DNA of 44,373 bases from Armatimonadia bacterium (GCA_039683575.1 JBDKRC010000345.1:1-44373), one strand, 5' to 3'. Counted from the first letter of the stretch, positions 28,400-38,025 are shown. Translations and numbers: made by a program. The notes: generated by a model not told the origin, from the sequence alone.

Positions 28400-29188
28400 A
28401 TGACCGAAATAATCACTACCCAAAACCTCGGCTACGTCTACACCCAGCCGCCCCGTCGCGCCCTGGAGAACGTCACCTTCTCCGTCGAGCGCGGCCAGTT
28501 CGTCGCCATCATGGGCCCCAACGGGAGTGGCAAGACCACCCTCGTCAAGCTCCTGCTCGGCCTGCTCAAGCCCACCGAGGGCGACGCCACCGTTCGTGGT
28601 GCCTGCCCCGCCCAGCAGCGGCACACCGTCCAGCAGTGCATCGGCTACGTCCCCCAGCACGAGGCGGTCAACTCGCAGGTGCCCGTCACGGCGCGCGACG
28701 TCGTCCACATGGCTGCCGCCTGCCGCTATGAGGGCGCTCTCCCCCGCAAGGAGATCAACCGCCGCGTCTACGCCGCCCTCGACATGGTGGAGCTCGGCGA
28801 CATGGCCAACCATCCCTTTCGCGCTCTCAGCGGCGGCCAGCAGCAGCGCGCGCTCATCGCCCGCGCCCTCGTCGTCGATCCCGTCATCCTCATCGCCGAC
28901 GAGCCCTTCTCGGGCGTAGACGCTGTCAGTCACCAGACGATCTTGAACCTCCTGCACACGCTCAGTCACGAAAAGGAAGTCACCGTCCTCGCGGTGGTCC
29001 ATGACATCAACCCCATGGTCCACTTCCTCGACCGCGTGCTGTTGCTCAACACCCAGATGGTCGCTTTCGGCCTGCCTGCTGACGTCCTCACCAGCGACGT
29101 CCTGCGCGAGGCCTACGGCAAGGCCGTACCCATCCTGACTTGCGAGGCCGGCTTCCTGCATCCGATTACCGGGGCGCAGCATGACTGA
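28400..29188 (+). CDS. Zn/Mn-type metal ABC transporter ATP-binding subunit
   Basis: Walker A GPNGSGKTT, IGYVPQ, LSGGQQQR, DEPFSGVD, VVHD. Confidence 0.92.
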   Translation: MTEIITTQNLGYVYTQPPRRALENVTFSVERGQFVAIMGPNGSGKTTLVKLLLGLLKPTEGDATVRGACPAQQRHTVQQCIGYVPQHEAVNSQVPVTARDVVHMAAACRYEGALPRKEINRRVYAALDMVELGDMANHPFRALSGGQQQRALIARALVVDPVILIADEPFSGVDAVSHQTILNLLHTLSHEKEVTVLAVVHDINPMVHFLDRVLLLNTQMVAFGLPADVLTSDVLREAYGKAVPILTCEAGFLHPITGAQHD

Positions 29189-30035
29189 ACTGATGGAGTA
29201 TTTCAGCTCGCCCTTCGTGCACCGCGCCCTCCTCGGGATAGTGCTGATCGCGGTCAACGCCGCCCTGACCGGGGCCTTTGCGGCCTTCCGCAGCGCCACC
29301 TTCCTCATCTCCGGCGCGGCCCACGCCGCCCTGGCTGGCGCCGCGCTCGCCCTCGTCATCGGCGGTGCCCTGGTCAGTGACGTCTACCTCATTCTTGGGG
29401 CTGCAGCCTTCGGGGTGGCGCTATCGCTTCTCGCCGCCAGCAACTCCGGCCGCTCCGGCTGGCGTGGCGTGGACAACGCCATCGGTGTGGGGTTCGCCTT
29501 CTCAATGGCTCTCGCGGTCCTGCTGATCTCCCTGATCCCCCAGGCCTCCTCCCGCGTCTGGGGCATCCTCATCGGCGACCTGCTCCTCCTCTCGCCAACC
29601 GACCTCACCGTGCTCACGACCATGACCGTCCTGGTCGTCGTCTGTTTCATAATCTCCTGGCGCCCGTTTCTCTTCATCACCTTCGACACCGAGGGTGCCC
29701 AGGCGTTCGGCCTCCGCGCCGGCCTGTACAACTACCTCCTCTTCGCTCTCATCGGCCTCTCGACCTCAATCCTCCTCAAAGGCGTCGGCGCCATAGTAGT
29801 CTTCGCCATGCTGGCCGCCCCGGCCGCCACGGCCATGCTCTTCGCCGCCTCGGTCCGCCGCACCATGGTCTACGCCTTCCTCATCGCCTTCGGCTCCGGC
29901 CTCATCGCCCTCGTCATCTCCGCCTACCTGAACTTCTCAGTAAGCGCCCTGGCCGCCATGCTGGCCTCCGGCAGCTACCTCCTCGGCCGCACCATAATCT
30001 ACCTCCGCCAGCGCCGCCCGGCTCACTCGCTGTAG
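29181..30035 (+). CDS. Zn/Mn-type metal ABC transporter permease (ABC-3 family)
   Basis: AHAALAG, LIGDLL, ITFD...A...G, GVGAIVVFAMLAAPAATA; overlaps the ATPase stop. Confidence 0.9.
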   Translation: MTELMEYFSSPFVHRALLGIVLIAVNAALTGAFAAFRSATFLISGAAHAALAGAALALVIGGALVSDVYLILGAAAFGVALSLLAASNSGRSGWRGVDNAIGVGFAFSMALAVLLISLIPQASSRVWGILIGDLLLLSPTDLTVLTTMTVLVVVCFIISWRPFLFITFDTEGAQAFGLRAGLYNYLLFALIGLSTSILLKGVGAIVVFAMLAAPAATAMLFAASVRRTMVYAFLIAFGSGLIALVISAYLNFSVSALAAMLASGSYLLGRTIIYLRQRRPAHSL

Positions 30036-30076
30036 CCAGGCAAAACCCGGATGGTGGCGGCCTGGCGATGCCACAC

Positions 30077-30116
30077 AAACAAAATGGCGCCCCGGACCGG
30101 ATCCCGGGACGCCATT
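30077..30116 (-). terminator. Terminator-like hairpin between convergent genes
   Basis: AATGGCGCCCCGG...CCGGGACGCCATT with an A tract on the plus-strand left side. Confidence 0.55.
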
Positions 30117-30121
30117 GAGTC

Positions 30122-30225
30122 TTGTCATCCTGAACGAAGTGAAGGATCTCTCTCCTGGCCCCCGCCCCCCTACTAGTGAAATCGGGACCTAAGCTAGCGC
30201 GCATGGGGGCCGGGGGTGAGGGGCC
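30122..30225. repeat. Short intergenic repeat elements (GTCATCCTGAACGAAGTGAAGGATCT type and GGGGCCGGGGGTGAGGG type)
   Basis: Resemble dispersed palindromic elements I recall from many bacterial genomes; only single copies occur in this window. Confidence 0.45.
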
Positions 30226-30226
30226 T

Positions 30227-31024
30227 TCAGCAGACCTGCTGTCCCCTCTTACCCCGCTCCGGCCGCCAAAGCAACTCCTCCCCGATCCCCACACCTTCCA
30301 ATAGCTCCATCAGCGGGTGAATCCCATCGAGCTTGTTGATATCATGCGCGTCCGTCGAAATGCTGATTTTCGCTCCCTGCGCCGCAATCTCCGCCAGATA
30401 GTGCGGATAGCTCTCCTTGAACGCCGGCCCATACTGCCCCTCGGTAAAGAACGCCGACCAGTTCGCCTCCACCGCCGTGTTGTTCGCTACCGCCGCCTTA
30501 CCGATCTCCTTGGCGTGCCAGTCCGGAATCTGCCCCATGTCGGTCAGCCATTGCATCGGCCCGCCCTCACGAAACTCCCCCGCTCCCATCCACCAAGGGT
30601 GTACCAGCACATCCACCAGCGGATTCTCGATGACCGCCATCATCAACCGGTGCTGCAGGTCAATGATCGCTTCCTTGTCCGGCTTGTCCATATACGAGCT
30701 GTGCGGCCCGCCGATGACCACTTCAAACCCGCCCTCCGCCAGTTGCTCTTCGTCAATCGTCACCGTCCCCGTGTCCTTGTCCTTGATGGTCACCTCGACC
30801 CCAAAGAAGATCTCCAGCGACGAGGGCGTATTGATGAGGTCCTGCTTGATGAGCTCATGCTTGGGCAGGAATTCCGGCGCGTTCAGGTGATCGGTGATCG
30901 CAATCGTCTTCAGACCCAGCCCCTCGCACCGGCTCAGAATGGCCGGAATCGTCATCGTCTCATTGGCGCACTTGAGGTAAGTGGTATGAATGTGGAAATC
31001 GTACGGAGCTTTCACGACGGGCAC
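30227..31024 (-). CDS. PHP-domain phosphoesterase
   Basis: DFHIHT, IAITDH, GVEV, VLVHP, STDAH motifs. Confidence 0.9.
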   Translation of the reverse strand: MPVVKAPYDFHIHTTYLKCANETMTIPAILSRCEGLGLKTIAITDHLNAPEFLPKHELIKQDLINTPSSLEIFFGVEVTIKDKDTGTVTIDEEQLAEGGFEVVIGGPHSSYMDKPDKEAIIDLQHRLMMAVIENPLVDVLVHPWWMGAGEFREGGPMQWLTDMGQIPDWHAKEIGKAAVANNTAVEANWSAFFTEGQYGPAFKESYPHYLAEIAAQGAKISISTDAHDINKLDGIHPLMELLEGVGIGEELLWRPERGKRGQQVC

Positions 31025-31091
31025 CTCGAGGATGGTTTCTTAGGCACAACTCCCCGGCACTTCTCCGACCTCTCGCCCGAGACCTTTGCAT

Positions 31092-31120
31092 TTGACACCC
31101 GACAGGGCCGGAAGTATGAT
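31092..31120 (+). promoter_or_regulatory. sigma70 promoter of the phoH operon
   Basis: TTGACA-17 nt-TATGAT. Confidence 0.7.
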
Positions 31121-31225
31121 TCATAAGCCACTAACACGCATCCTCACCGACAAAACTGCCTGTAGGAGCGCTCACCGTGCGGACGCGACGTCCGCCGCGC
31201 GAAGATCACTCCGGCCGGGCTCTCC

Positions 31226-31311
31226 AGGCCCGAAGGGCCGGTTGGCATCTAGCCAGGGGCGCAAGCCCCTGGAACTCGGCTCCGTATACCCCTGAGCCCC
31301 GAAGGGGCGCC
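31226..31311 (+). repeat. Three-hairpin repeat element (GGCCCGAAGGGCC / CCAGGGGCGCAAGCCCCTGG / GCCCCGAAGGGGC)
   Basis: Three short GC-rich palindromes in the phoH leader. Confidence 0.55.
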
Positions 31312-31328
31312 AGCCTCTTCTCGCGGAC

Positions 31329-32360
31329 GTGCAGGGATGGGATGGCTGCGAGGATCCCGTCAGGAGTAACGCTCTGACACCGTCAGACGACCAACAATCC
31401 GCCTCTGAGGTCCGCTGCGAGGTAGAACTCGCTGGCGATGAACTGCGCGAGCTCCTCGGCCAGCAGGACGCCAACCTGCGCCTGATCGAAGAGGGCCTCG
31501 GCGTCCGCCTGCAGCCCTCCAGCGGGGCCATCATCATCTGCGGCGACCCCCGGGCCACGGACGCTGCCGCCGAGGTCCTGCGCGGTATGCAGGCCGTCTT
31601 GCAGCAGGGCCGCGGCCTGAGCACCTCAGATGTCCGCTATGCCGTCCGCGCCGTCCAGCGCGAGGCTGCTGCCGACATCAAGGCTCTCCTGGCCGAACCC
31701 GTCATCATCACTCAGCGGGGCAACCCCATCCGCGCCAAGACCGCTGGGCAGGCCCGGTTCGTCGAGGCTGCCAATCGCAGCAGTCTCGTCTTCTGCGTCG
31801 GCCCCGCCGGCACCGGCAAGACCTATCTGGCCATGGCGCTCGCCATCGCGGCCATGAAGGACAAGCAGGTCAGCCGCATCGTCCTCACCCGCCCGATCAT
31901 CGAGGCTGGTGAGCGCCTCGGCTTCCTGCCCGGCGACATCATGGAGAAGGTAGATCCCTACCTGCGTCCGCTCTACGACGCCCTGCAGGACATCATGGGC
32001 GCCGACAAGCTCCAGCGCCAGCGCCAGCGCGGCACCATCGAGGTCGTCCCGCTGGCCTACATGCGTGGCCGCACGGTCAACGACGCCTTCATCGTGCTGG
32101 ACGAGGCCCAGAACACCACGCCCTCGCAGATGAAGATGGCGCTAACCCGCCTCGGCCTGGGCTCGCGCATGGTAGTCACCGGCGACCTGACGCAAAGTGA
32201 CCTGCCCCAGGATATGGAATCAGGCCTCAGCCACGGCCTCCGTGTCCTGCATGACATCAAAGAGATCGAGATCTGCCGCCTGACGGAGGCCGACATAGTG
32301 CGCCACGACCTGGTCCAGCGCATAGTCCAGGCCTACGACGCGGCCGCTGCGGTCACCTGA
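31329..32360 (+). CDS. phoH: PhoH-family ATPase (PhoH/YbeZ-like)
   Basis: GPAGTGKTYLA, GERLGFLPGD, PYLRPLYDAL, PLAYMRGRT, DEAQN, VRHDLV. Start uncertain; in-frame CTG at 31374 follows AGGAG. Confidence 0.93.
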   Translation: MQGWDGCEDPVRSNALTPSDDQQSASEVRCEVELAGDELRELLGQQDANLRLIEEGLGVRLQPSSGAIIICGDPRATDAAAEVLRGMQAVLQQGRGLSTSDVRYAVRAVQREAAADIKALLAEPVIITQRGNPIRAKTAGQARFVEAANRSSLVFCVGPAGTGKTYLAMALAIAAMKDKQVSRIVLTRPIIEAGERLGFLPGDIMEKVDPYLRPLYDALQDIMGADKLQRQRQRGTIEVVPLAYMRGRTVNDAFIVLDEAQNTTPSQMKMALTRLGLGSRMVVTGDLTQSDLPQDMESGLSHGLRVLHDIKEIEICRLTEADIVRHDLVQRIVQAYDAAAAVT

Positions 32361-32374
32361 CACCAATATGGCGC

Positions 32375-32467
32375 GTAGTACGGGCGTCTCGCCCGCAGCC
32401 GTTATCACCGACTACCTTCCAGGAGGGGCCGAATGCGGACAGCCTCACCGTCCGCCTCCGGCCCGCC
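32375..32467 (+). repeat. REP-like doublet between phoH and the 7TM-HD gene
   Basis: GTAGTACGGGCGTCTCGCCCG + TTATCACCGAC + GGAGGGGCCGAATGCGGACAGCCTCACCGTCCGCCTCCGGCCC (near-identical to 40862). Confidence 0.8.
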
Positions 32468-32482
32468 CTTACCAACCTCAAA

Positions 32483-34633
32483 ATGCCACAACCACGAACG
32501 ACCAGGCCCCGCAGGGGCATATTCGGCTATCATGTCAGCCAGCAGCGCGTGCGCAGAACACTCGCGGCTGGCCTGACTGCACTGATCGTCTTCTTCCTGC
32601 TTATGGCCCGCCTGCGCCCCGAGGCCGTCTCCTACAACGCCGGTGACATCGCCGACCGCACCATCCGCGCCAACCGCGCCGCCACGTACGTGGACAAGGA
32701 AACCACCGACTCCCTCCGCGAGGAGGCCGCCGCTTCGATCCCTGACGTCTACACGCGTGACGCCAACGCCGACAGCTCAGCCCTGCAGACCGTGCGTGAC
32801 ATCTTCCAGGCGGCTCAGGACGTCGCTAACACCGCCGGCACTACCGACCCTGATACTCGCCTTGCTCTTCTCCGTGACCGCCTCGACATCGAACTCTCGC
32901 CCGCCTCTGCCCGTCTCCTCGTAGCCAGCGGCCCTGGCGCTCTCCAGCGCGTGCAGGACAGTGCCGGCCGTCTTGTCCACCAGATCATGAGCAGGCAGAT
33001 CCGCAACAATACCGAGGACCTCGACGACGCCCGCCAGAGCGTTGAGACCCTCTCGCGGCAGACCCGCCTCACCCCTCGCTACCATCGTCTCCTGATCGAG
33101 GTCGTCCAGGACGCCTTGCAGCCCAATCTTCTGCTCGACGCTACGGAAACCGAAGCCAAGCGTCAGGCCGCTCGCGATCAGGTGACCGACGTCCGCCGCC
33201 AGGTCCAGCCTGGCGACATCATCGTCTCCGTCGGCGAGAAGGTGACCGAGCGGCACCTGGACATGTTCACGGCCCTCGGTCTCATTCGTCCCTCCGTGGA
33301 CTATCTGCAGGCCCTCAGCCTCCTCGGCGTCCTCGTCCTGCTGATGGCAGCCTTGATGCTCTTCATCCGCTCTTTCGTGCCCGATGTCTACTACCATGGT
33401 CGCCTATTCCTGCTGCTTTGTCTCTCCCTTGTTGGTGTCGCCGGCCTGTACAGCATCTTCCGCGACGTGACCTGGTTCGACATCCTCGCGGTTGCCACGG
33501 CCAGCGGTGCCGCCATCTTCCTCGCCCTCACCACCCGCCCGCTCGCCGCCGCCGCCACCTCTATCTTCCTCGGCGGCCTCGCCTCGCTCGCCTCTCCCGG
33601 CAGCGAAGCCCATGTACTCCTCGCCGCCACGCTCTGCGCCCTCTTCGCCGGGCAGTTCGTCCGTCCCCGCGAGAACCGCAGCAGCACCATCGCCCGCTCA
33701 GCCTTGCTCACTGCCCTCAGCAATGCCGTCATCGTCCTCATCGTCGGCCACGTCTACGGCTTCCAGCTTACCGGCAATCAGATCGGCTACATCGCCCTCG
33801 GCGGCTTCGTGTCCGCCATCGCTGCCGCCGGCGTCACGGCCGTCATCGAGCGGCCCATGGGCCTCACCACCCACCTCCGCCTGCTCGAACTCCAGAACCC
33901 CAACGAGCCGATCCTCAAGCGCCTCCTCACCGAGGCCCCCGGCTCCTACCAGTCCTCCGTCATGGTCGCCAACCTCGCCGAGCCCGCCGCCGACGCCATC
34001 GGCGCCGACCCGATTCTCACCCGCACCGCCTGCATGTACCATGACATCGGCAAGCTCAAGCGCACCTACTTCTTCGTCGAAAACCAGTTCGGCGCCGAGA
34101 ACCCTCACGAGCGCCTCTCCCCGCACCTCAGCGCCCTGGTCCTGATGTCCCACGTCAAGGACGGCATCGAGATGGCCGAGGAGATCAAGCTCCCGCCCGT
34201 GGTCGCCAGCATCATCCCGCAGCACCACGGCACCGGCCTCGTCTCCTTCATGTATCAGCGTGCCAAGGCCGAGGCCGCCGAGGGCGAGCAGGTCCGCGAA
34301 AGCGACTTCCGCTACCCCGGCCCCAAGCCGCAGACCGCCGAGAACGCGATCATCATGCTCGCTGACACCGTCGAGGCCGCCGCCCGCGCCCTCGACCGGC
34401 CCACACCCGAGAAGATCGAGGAACTCGTCAACCGCCTGGTTGAGGCCCGTATTGACGACGGTCAGCTCGACGAGTCCCCGCTCACCTTCGCCGATATCAC
34501 GATCATCAAGCGCAGCTTCATCAACACGCTGGCTGGCATGTTCCACCAGCGCCTCGCCTATCCGACCGACCTCGCGCGCTCCGCCCCTCCGCCCCCGGAG
34601 CCATCCCCTGCGGAGGCTACCGGTGCAGACTGA
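32483..34633 (+). CDS. 7TM-HD phosphohydrolase (PgpH/YqfF-like, candidate c-di-AMP phosphodiesterase)
   Basis: Extracellular 7TMR-HDED-like region, multiple TM helices, EAPGSYQSS, YHDIGK, QHHGT, FRYPGPKP, MLADTVEAA; conserved phoH-ybeY context. Confidence 0.9.
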   Translation: MPQPRTTRPRRGIFGYHVSQQRVRRTLAAGLTALIVFFLLMARLRPEAVSYNAGDIADRTIRANRAATYVDKETTDSLREEAAASIPDVYTRDANADSSALQTVRDIFQAAQDVANTAGTTDPDTRLALLRDRLDIELSPASARLLVASGPGALQRVQDSAGRLVHQIMSRQIRNNTEDLDDARQSVETLSRQTRLTPRYHRLLIEVVQDALQPNLLLDATETEAKRQAARDQVTDVRRQVQPGDIIVSVGEKVTERHLDMFTALGLIRPSVDYLQALSLLGVLVLLMAALMLFIRSFVPDVYYHGRLFLLLCLSLVGVAGLYSIFRDVTWFDILAVATASGAAIFLALTTRPLAAAATSIFLGGLASLASPGSEAHVLLAATLCALFAGQFVRPRENRSSTIARSALLTALSNAVIVLIVGHVYGFQLTGNQIGYIALGGFVSAIAAAGVTAVIERPMGLTTHLRLLELQNPNEPILKRLLTEAPGSYQSSVMVANLAEPAADAIGADPILTRTACMYHDIGKLKRTYFFVENQFGAENPHERLSPHLSALVLMSHVKDGIEMAEEIKLPPVVASIIPQHHGTGLVSFMYQRAKAEAAEGEQVRESDFRYPGPKPQTAENAIIMLADTVEAAARALDRPTPEKIEELVNRLVEARIDDGQLDESPLTFADITIIKRSFINTLAGMFHQRLAYPTDLARSAPPPPEPSPAEATGAD

Positions 34634-35030
34634 AATCGAGATTCGCAACCTCAGCGGCCAGGACGTTGACCTGCAGTCGCTTCAAGAAGCCGCCCATCGC
34701 ACTCTCGCCGCCGAGAACGCCGACCTCGCGACCCTCAGCCTTGCGCTCGTGGACGACGAGCGCATGGTTAGTCTGAACCAGCGCCTGCTCGGACGCGACT
34801 ATGCGACTGATGTTATCGCTTTTGAGGCCGACGAGGGCGAAGGCGAAATCATCATCTGCGTGGACACCGCCCGCCGGCAGGGCGAGGCGGAGGGCCACGA
34901 CACTCTGACCGAACTGCGCTATCTGGTGGCGCACGGAGTTTTGCATGTACTCGGCTATGATGACGGCGACGACGCTTCACGGGCCAGCATGTTAAGGCGG
35001 CAAGATGACATCCTCTCCGACAGACAATGA
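34623..35030 (+). CDS. ybeY: rRNA maturation endoribonuclease YbeY
   Basis: GTG 34623 overlapping the upstream stop; LN...TDVIAF, GEIIIC, HGVLHVLGYDD. Confidence 0.9.
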   Translation: MQTEIEIRNLSGQDVDLQSLQEAAHRTLAAENADLATLSLALVDDERMVSLNQRLLGRDYATDVIAFEADEGEGEIIICVDTARRQGEAEGHDTLTELRYLVAHGVLHVLGYDDGDDASRASMLRRQDDILSDRQ

Positions 35031-35775
35031 AGGCCCGAAGGGCAGCGGGCCCGCGATCAGTCCGGACCGCAAGTCAATCCTCCGCAGCTTCGGGTTCGCC
35101 TGGGAAGGCCTTGCCTTCTGCTTCGCTACCCAGCGCCACATGCGCGTCCACTTCGCGATCATGGGCCTCATCCTCCTCGCCGCCTGGAGCCTGCGCGTCA
35201 ATCAGACCGAGCTACTCCACCTCTTCACGGCCATGGTCCTGGTGCTCATGGCCGAGATGATCAACACCGGCATCGAGTACACCGTTGACCTCTTCACCAG
35301 CGGCTACGACCCCCGGGCCAAGGTCGCCAAAGACGTAGCCGCCGGCGCCGTCCTCTTGGCCGCTCTCTACTCAATCACCGTCGGCGTCACCGTCTTCGCC
35401 TCCAACCCCCGCCTCAAAGAGATCCTGACCCATCTCCCGCCCGACCGTCCCGTCGCCCAGGTCGAGATGGTGCAACTGGTCATCCTCGGCCTCCTCTTCC
35501 TGAGCATCCTGATCACCTGGGTCAAGAAGTCCACCCGCCGCGGCACCCTGTGGCGAGGCGGCATGATCTCCGGCCACACCGCCTTCGCCTTCCTGCTGAT
35601 GACGGCGATAGCCCTGGCCACCCGCGACCTGGCGATAACCGCCCTCGCCCTGGCCCTGGCGCTACTGGTCTCCCAAAGCCGCATCCAAGCCCGCATCCAC
35701 AGCCCCATGGAAGTCCTCGTAGGCGGCATCCTCGGGATCCTGGTAGGCTTCATCCTCTTCATGTGGGCCGGCTAA
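35005..35775 (+). CDS. dgkA: Diacylglycerol/undecaprenol kinase (DgkA-type) fused to PAP2-like domain
   Basis: SFGFAWEGL, AEMINTGIEYTVD, AKVAKDVAAGAVL, then GGMISGH and SRIQARIHSPMEV. Confidence 0.88.
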   Translation: MTSSPTDNEGPKGSGPAISPDRKSILRSFGFAWEGLAFCFATQRHMRVHFAIMGLILLAAWSLRVNQTELLHLFTAMVLVLMAEMINTGIEYTVDLFTSGYDPRAKVAKDVAAGAVLLAALYSITVGVTVFASNPRLKEILTHLPPDRPVAQVEMVQLVILGLLFLSILITWVKKSTRRGTLWRGGMISGHTAFAFLLMTAIALATRDLAITALALALALLVSQSRIQARIHSPMEVLVGGILGILVGFILFMWAG

Positions 35776-35805
35776 CCCGCTCGCGCGACCAACCAACAAT
35801 TATTC

Positions 35806-35900
35806 GTAGGACGGGCGGCTCGCCCGTCGTCGTTATCACCGACCAGCGATACAATTCGCGTAGGACGGGCGTCCCGCCCGCCGCCGCTATCACCGATCAA
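35806..35900 (+). repeat. Tandem REP-like doublet
   Basis: GTAGGACGGGCG...CGCCCG + TATCACCGA, twice, 54 nt apart. Confidence 0.8.
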
Positions 35901-35931
35901 CCCACGAAATCATCACCACGGACACACCACC

Positions 35932-36741
35932 ATGCCCAAACTCTTCCTCCCCCTCCTCGCCCTCACCATCGCCCTCTCCGTCTCCGCCCAGACCGAGCCC
36001 TTCACCTTCGTAGTCCTCGCCGACCCCCACCTCCGCGAGGACCGTCCCGGCGAGCCCACCGGCGTTGACAAGTTCCTCGAGGTCCTCGCCCAGATCAAGG
36101 CTCTCCCGCAGCAGCCCGACTTCATCCTGATGCTCGGCGACACCCACCCCGAGAAGCTCGCCCCGCTCCTCCCGCAGATCGGCCTGCCGGTCCACGTCGT
36201 GGCGGGCAATCACGAGACTGTCGCCCACCGCCAGCAACTCCGCGCCCTCTTCCCCGGGGACTTTGGCGACCGCGACTTCTACGCGTTCACCCACAAAGGC
36301 TGCCGCTTCATCGGCCTGTGCACCGCCCTCGTCGGCGACCACGTCGGCCACTTCGAGAGCCAGGACCTCACCCCGCCAGTCGGCCAGGTCCAGTTCCTCA
36401 AAGACGAACTCGCAACCCACCGCGACCTCCCCCGCTTCATCTTCGCCCACGTCCCGCCCGAGCCCCAAAACCGCCCGCATTCCTCCCACCTCGGCAGCCT
36501 CGAAAGCGCCTGGTTCCACGACCTCGTCCGTGCCGAGAGGCCCACGGCCTGCTTCTTCGGCCACCGCCATTACCGCTACGAATACGACTGCGGCGGCACC
36601 CCCATACTCTTCGTCCCCTCCACCAACTGGAACTCCGGCGCCCACAAGGGAGGCTTCTACCTCGCCACCATGGCCAGCAACAAATGCACTCTCACCTTCC
36701 ACGAAACCCCACCCGCCTCACCCGGAGGGGCCGAGCTTTAG
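35932..36741 (+). CDS. Secreted calcineurin-like metallophosphoesterase
   Basis: Signal peptide; ADPH, LGD, GNHE, FAHVP, FGHRH motifs. Confidence 0.88.
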   Translation: MPKLFLPLLALTIALSVSAQTEPFTFVVLADPHLREDRPGEPTGVDKFLEVLAQIKALPQQPDFILMLGDTHPEKLAPLLPQIGLPVHVVAGNHETVAHRQQLRALFPGDFGDRDFYAFTHKGCRFIGLCTALVGDHVGHFESQDLTPPVGQVQFLKDELATHRDLPRFIFAHVPPEPQNRPHSSHLGSLESAWFHDLVRAERPTACFFGHRHYRYEYDCGGTPILFVPSTNWNSGAHKGGFYLATMASNKCTLTFHETPPASPGGAEL

Positions 36742-36753
36742 CCGGCCCGCCGT
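36724..36753 (+). repeat. REP-like palindrome, GGAGGGGCCG family, overlapping a gene end
   Basis: GGAGGGGCCGAGCTTTAGCCGGCCCGCCGTT; near-identical to 40662, with a looser relative at 2876-2911. Confidence 0.75.
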
Positions 36754-36787
36754 TACCACCGGCCGACCATTGTCCCCCATCGCCAAC

Positions 36788-36822
36788 AAAAAGGCCCGCC
36801 GCCTCCAAAGGCAACGGGCCTT
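36788..36822 (-). terminator. Intrinsic terminator of the 36844-38025 gene
   Basis: AAAAAGGCCCG...CGGGCCTT. Confidence 0.65.
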
Positions 36823-36843
36823 ACGCTCTTCCTCGTCCCGCCT

Positions 36844-38025
36844 CTACTTATTCAAGTTCGCCGCCAACACCTCATACTGGTCCGCCCACCCAAACACCTT
36901 CAACTCGCCATAGTCATTCCCGGTCCCCGTCCAGCGCCTTCCATACGTCACTGGGTGCACCCAGAACGTCCCATCCGCCGCCTTCACCACCACCGCCGCC
37001 TCAATCAGCTTATACCAACCCACATCAATCGCATTGATCCCGGTCCAGATGTTGGCCTTCTCATACCAGTTCGTTCCCGGTATGACGACCTTGATGATCG
37101 TGGCCCCCTCCTGCAGCTTGAACTCCTGCTTCATCTTCGCCTTGAGCGCGTCCTTGTCGTCCCCGCCGTACAGGTCCTTCGGCACCCGGTTGCCCTTCAC
37201 TTCCGCCTCATAGATTGCCTTCGCCTTTGCCCGCACTGCGTCGGCCTTGTCCTGCAGCGCCTTCAGATCAGCATTCTCCGGATCGGCCCACCGGATGAAG
37301 TTGATGTAGTCTTCCTCCAGGAACCGCGCGTGCATCTTCAGTATCCCGGGATCGTTCTCCTCGCCCCAGTTCGCCAACTGCTGCTTGGCGCCCTCAAAAG
37401 CGTCCGGCACAAGCCCCTTGGCGCACAGCCGCATGGTCTCGGGGCCGCCGTAGATCTCGGCCATCTGCCGCTGGATCCGGCCCGCGGCGCTCCCGTTCTC
37501 TCCTTGGAAGTGATACTTCTGGTGCGCCTCGGGCGGGATTGCCTTGGCCGCGTACTCACACGCCACCACTACTGCCGCCGGATGTTTCGTAGCCCCTTCG
37601 ACGCAGTTCTTCCCAAACTCGGCGAGGTTGTAGTTTCCGAGGGTATCGTCACAGATCCCGAAGGGCCGGATGTACAGTTGATAGGTGAACTTCGGCTCGC
37701 ATTGCTTGACCCATGCGTCGAACGCCTTGATGTCACCCTCGCCCTCGGGCCAGACCTTCGCGCACTGCGCCTTGTACTCAGCCACCAGCGCCTCGGACAC
37801 CTTGGCGCTATTGCCACCCGACGGCACACACAGGTCCGACACCGCCAGAAGCGGATACCGCTGCGCGCCCGGCTCCGTCGCCTTCTGCGAATCCGCTATC
37901 GCTTGTTTTACAAACGCCTCATACTCGGCCGTGCGAACGTCCTGGTCGCCACCGGCGCGCCAGGCCAACAGCGGGGAAGCCACCAGCACCAGCAGCACGA
38001 GCGCCAAAGACACCTTGCACTTCAT
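36844..38025 (-). CDS. Secreted hypothetical protein
   Basis: ATG after GAGGAG; signal peptide MKCKVSLALVLLVLVASPLLA; no family recognised. Confidence 0.8.
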   Translation of the reverse strand: MKCKVSLALVLLVLVASPLLAWRAGGDQDVRTAEYEAFVKQAIADSQKATEPGAQRYPLLAVSDLCVPSGGNSAKVSEALVAEYKAQCAKVWPEGEGDIKAFDAWVKQCEPKFTYQLYIRPFGICDDTLGNYNLAEFGKNCVEGATKHPAAVVVACEYAAKAIPPEAHQKYHFQGENGSAAGRIQRQMAEIYGGPETMRLCAKGLVPDAFEGAKQQLANWGEENDPGILKMHARFLEEDYINFIRWADPENADLKALQDKADAVRAKAKAIYEAEVKGNRVPKDLYGGDDKDALKAKMKQEFKLQEGATIIKVVIPGTNWYEKANIWTGINAIDVGWYKLIEAAVVVKAADGTFWVHPVTYGRRWTGTGNDYGELKVFGWADQYEVLAANLNK

